64,000 nt of DNA from contig CAWHBL010000023.1 of NCBI GenBank assembly GCA_963827555.1, forward strand, positions 29,568 through 93,567. Direction: 5' to 3'. A program made the position numbers and the translations under genes. This document shows, piece after piece, positions 61,482 to 64,000 of this stretch (its first letter is position 1; every line of letters starts with the position of its first letter). The notes under the pieces are model-generated. The model searched no databases and was not told the origin of the DNA. It saw only the letters and a program-made list of their open reading frames with translations. Source of the stretch: an uncultured beta proteobacterium (GTDB taxonomy: Bacteria > Pseudomonadota > Gammaproteobacteria > Burkholderiales > SG8-39).

Positions 61482-61562
61482 AAGGGTTGTCCGACACCTG
61501 CCCGTGCGAGGAGGTTGATCCACGCACGGCAGTGGTCTGAGGGCAGGTGTTGAACAAGCCTT
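61482..61562. repeat. 81-bp MITE-like element with 22-bp terminal inverted repeats
   Basis: aagggttgtccgacacctgccc versus gggcaggtgttgaacaagcctt (19/22 complementary); internal stem ccgtgcg/cgcacgg. Confidence 0.65.
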
Positions 61563-61747
61563 AACAAGAGTTGCCCGTCCGCGAACGTCTCGGGCCGGTC
61601 CGACTGCGGACCTTCAGCCGCACAAGCCGCTGCTATTGCCCGCATCGCATCGCACACGACGCCCCGACCTCCGGTGGCGTCCCTTGCTCATGCTAGGCGA
61701 CGCGAGGAGTCGGGGGGATTCGAATATTGCCGGAAGCTTTTAATGTG

Positions 61748-62479
61748 TCATCGCGCGTCGACGCTGCACAGGTAGGGAATCCAGGGATGCAGCCACGGCG
61801 CGGCGGCGACGATCTGCGGCGCGAACAGCGTAAGCGCCGCGCTGCCGATCAGCACCGCGCCGGCCACCCGCCTGCCGGCGTTGCCGGCGGCCAAACTCGC
61901 ACCGCGCCGCGCGCCGAACGCGACGGCGATCATCGCCGGTGCCGTGCCGATGCCGAACGCTAGCATCGTCGCCGCCGAGCGCAACGCGTCCTGCTCGAGC
62001 GCGGCAATCACCATCACCGTATAGACGAATCCGCAGGGCATCCATCCCCACACCATGCCGAAGCCGATCGCGCGCGCGACGCTCGTCACGGGCAGGAGCC
62101 GCCGGCCGAGCGGCGCGAGCCGTGGCCACAGCAATCGGCCAATGCGCGAACCCGGATCGCGCAGCACGCCGAACGCGACCAGCGCTGCGGCGACGAGCGC
62201 CACCGCCGACAGTGCGCGTAGGCTCCAGCGCACCGCGTCGACGTCGAGCCAGCCCACGATGAAGCCGAGCATGCCGCCGATCAGCCCGCCCGCGATCGCG
62301 TACGAGAGCATCCGCCCCACCTGGTAGGCGACAAGCAGCGACGCTCGCGGCCGCCCGTCGGCGCGTTTGGCCGTGGCGATGCCGAGCGCAGCGGAAATGC
62401 CGCCGCACATCGCGAGGCAATGCCCGCTGGCCGCGAAGCCGAGCATCAGAGCGGCGCCGAGCGTGAGGCCACCGGTCAT
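61748..62479 (-). CDS. Sulfite exporter TauE/SafE (DsbD_2) family protein of the cbb3 assembly cluster
   Basis: SGHCLAMCGG, YQVGR, WGWMPCGFVY, FGIGTAP. Confidence 0.9.
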   Translation of the reverse strand: MTGGLTLGAALMLGFAASGHCLAMCGGISAALGIATAKRADGRPRASLLVAYQVGRMLSYAIAGGLIGGMLGFIVGWLDVDAVRWSLRALSAVALVAAALVAFGVLRDPGSRIGRLLWPRLAPLGRRLLPVTSVARAIGFGMVWGWMPCGFVYTVMVIAALEQDALRSAATMLAFGIGTAPAMIAVAFGARRGASLAAGNAGRRVAGAVLIGSAALTLFAPQIVAAAPWLHPWIPYLCSVDAR

Positions 62480-62688
62480 GGCAATGGCCGCGCCTTGTCG
62501 TCGGAATCGGCTGCCGACGCGCCGCTTGGCGCGGTGCCGGGCGGCTGCCCGTCCGCGTCGAAGAGTGGCACAAGGCCCGGCGTTTCCATGTCGTCGAATT
62601 GCCCGTGGTCGACCGCCCAAAACAAGGCGATGCCGGCGCCGACGAGGAACAGGATCGACAGCGGAATCAGGAGCACGAGGCTATTCAT
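62476..62688 (-). CDS. ccoS: cbb3-type cytochrome oxidase assembly protein CcoS
   Basis: LLIPLSI...FWAVDHGQFDDME. Confidence 0.92.
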   Translation of the reverse strand: MNSLVLLIPLSILFLVGAGIALFWAVDHGQFDDMETPGLVPLFDADGQPPGTAPSGASAADSDDKARPLP

Positions 62689-64000
62689 GCCGATGCGCGC
62701 CGGTGAAGGATCGTCTCGGGCGGCACGGTCACGCTTTCATGGCCTTCGTCCGTTCGGGTCGCGCGGCCGATTCGCAGCGCGTTCAACACCACGCCAAGCG
62801 AGCTCGCCGACATGCCGATCGCGGCGAGCCACGGTGGCACGAAGCCCAGCGCGGCGAGTGGGACGGCGGCGATGTTGTAGCCGAGCGCCCAGCGCCGGTT
62901 CTGGCGCAGGATCGACAGCATCTCCCGCGCAAGCGCTCGCGCGTCGACAAGCGCGCCGAGTTGTCCGGTGATCACGACATCGCTCGCCGCCTGCGCCGCG
63001 TCGGCGGCCGAGCCCACGGCAACGGCGACGTCGGCAGCGGCGAGCATCGGGGCGTCGTTCACGCCGTCGCCGACGACGGCGACGCGCGCGCCGGTCGCGC
63101 GCAGCGACGCGAGCCATGCGAGCTTGTCCGCGGGTGCCTGGCGCGCAGCCCAGGTCACGATGCCGAGGCGCGCGGCGATCGACGCGACCTTTGCCTTCGC
63201 GTCGCCGCTCGCGATCGCCACGCTAAGGCCGGCGCGAGCGAGCGCGTCGACCGCAGCGCGCGTCCCCGGCCGCAGCTGCTCTTCGACGTGGAACGCCGCG
63301 ATAGCGCCATCGTCGTCGGCGAGCACCACCGCGTCGTCGAGGTCGGGCGCCTGCTGCTCGCGCGCCAGCGCGTAGTCGGCTCGACCGAGGCGATAACGCC
63401 GTCCGCCAATGACGCCGCCGATTCCGCGGCCCGCAACGCTTTCGCGCGCGTGGACCGGGGGCAACGCTGCTGGCGCCGCGGCCGTGAAGGCGCGCGCGAG
63501 CGAATGGCGGCTTCCCTGCGCGAGCGCAGCGGCAAGTGCGAGCGCAGCGTCGCGATCGATATCGCGCAGCGTCACCGTGCGATCCTGCGCGATCCAAGGT
63601 TCGGTCAACGTCCCGGTCTTGTCGAACAGCACGTGCGTCGCCGAGGCGAGCGCTTCGAGCGCATCCGGACGCACCACCAGCACGCCGCGGCCCGTGAGCA
63701 CCGCGAGCGTGCGCGTCACCGCTGCCGGCGCGGCCAGCGCGAACGCGCAGGGGCATGCCACGACGAGCACCGCGACGGTCGCCGCGAACGCGCGGGTGGG
63801 ATCGACGATCGCCCAGCCGACCGCCGTGCACACCGCGAGCACCAGCACGCGGGCGACAAAACCCGCCGCTGCGCGCTCGCCGGCGCGCGCCAGCCGCGGC
63901 CGCGTGCTCGCCGCGCGCGCGGTCAGCGCGACAATGCCTGCAACGACGGTGTCGGCGCCGACGCGCGTCACGCGCACGGTCGCGGGCGTGCCCATGACGA
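62685..64000 (-). CDS. ccoI: Heavy-metal P1B-type ATPase CcoI/FixI (5' part outside the window)
   Basis: VACPCA, FDKTGTLT, GDGVNDAP, YN and MSASS motifs; upstream of ccoS. Confidence 0.9.
   Translation of the reverse strand, partial: VMGTPATVRVTRVGADTVVAGIVALTARAASTRPRLARAGERAAAGFVARVLVLAVCTAVGWAIVDPTRAFAATVAVLVVACPCAFALAAPAAVTRTLAVLTGRGVLVVRPDALEALASATHVLFDKTGTLTEPWIAQDRTVTLRDIDRDAALALAAALAQGSRHSLARAFTAAAPAALPPVHARESVAGRGIGGVIGGRRYRLGRADYALAREQQAPDLDDAVVLADDDGAIAAFHVEEQLRPGTRAAVDALARAGLSVAIASGDAKAKVASIAARLGIVTWAARQAPADKLAWLASLRATGARVAVVGDGVNDAPMLAAADVAVAVGSAADAAQAASDVVITGQLGALVDARALAREMLSILRQNRRWALGYNIAAVPLAALGFVPPWLAAIGMSASSLGVVLNALRIGRATRTDEGHESVTVPPETILHRRASA

Larger units (their letters stand above)
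43230..61720. mobile_element. Mosaic genomic island downstream of tRNA-Ser (right boundary uncertain)
   Basis: Abrupt change to gene fragments, transposase remnants and less biased codon usage right after the tRNA; no intact integrase or second att copy seen in the window. Confidence 0.7.

Noticed and set aside
62476-64000. Heavy-metal resistance cargo
   Set aside because: The ccoI-ccoS-DsbD_2 order identifies an ordinary cbb3 oxidase assembly cluster

Overview
High-GC betaproteobacterial-type chromosome segment in two parts. Positions 1-43229 are housekeeping backbone: csp, icd, xseA, exbBD-lpxK-ycaR-kdsB-adk, hppA, ggt, mug-miaA-mutL, tctCBA, amiC-tsaE/queG, an ECF sigma/anti-sigma module, yheS, rhlE, ppa, glnB, trxB, crp-ftsK-lolA-rarA, serS and tRNA-Ser(CGA). 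From the tRNA 3' end to about 61700 lies a mosaic accessory island. It holds gene remnants, four IS91/ISCR-like transposase fragments with two oriIS-like ends, an integrase/att remnant and small regulator-enzyme modules. Its most notable part is a tightly coupled three-gene operon at 51406-58877 (minus strand): SNF2 helicase, Mre11/SbcD-like nuclease and Rad50/YhaN-like coiled-coil ATPase. This is the best candidate for an undescribed defence or DNA-processing system. The window ends in cbb3-oxidase assembly genes. Many genes, including core ones (ggt, mutL, amiC, tctB/C), carry single-base frameshifts that most likely reflect long-read indel errors, so gene integrity cannot be judged with certainty. 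All family assignments come from motif recognition by eye; no searches were run.
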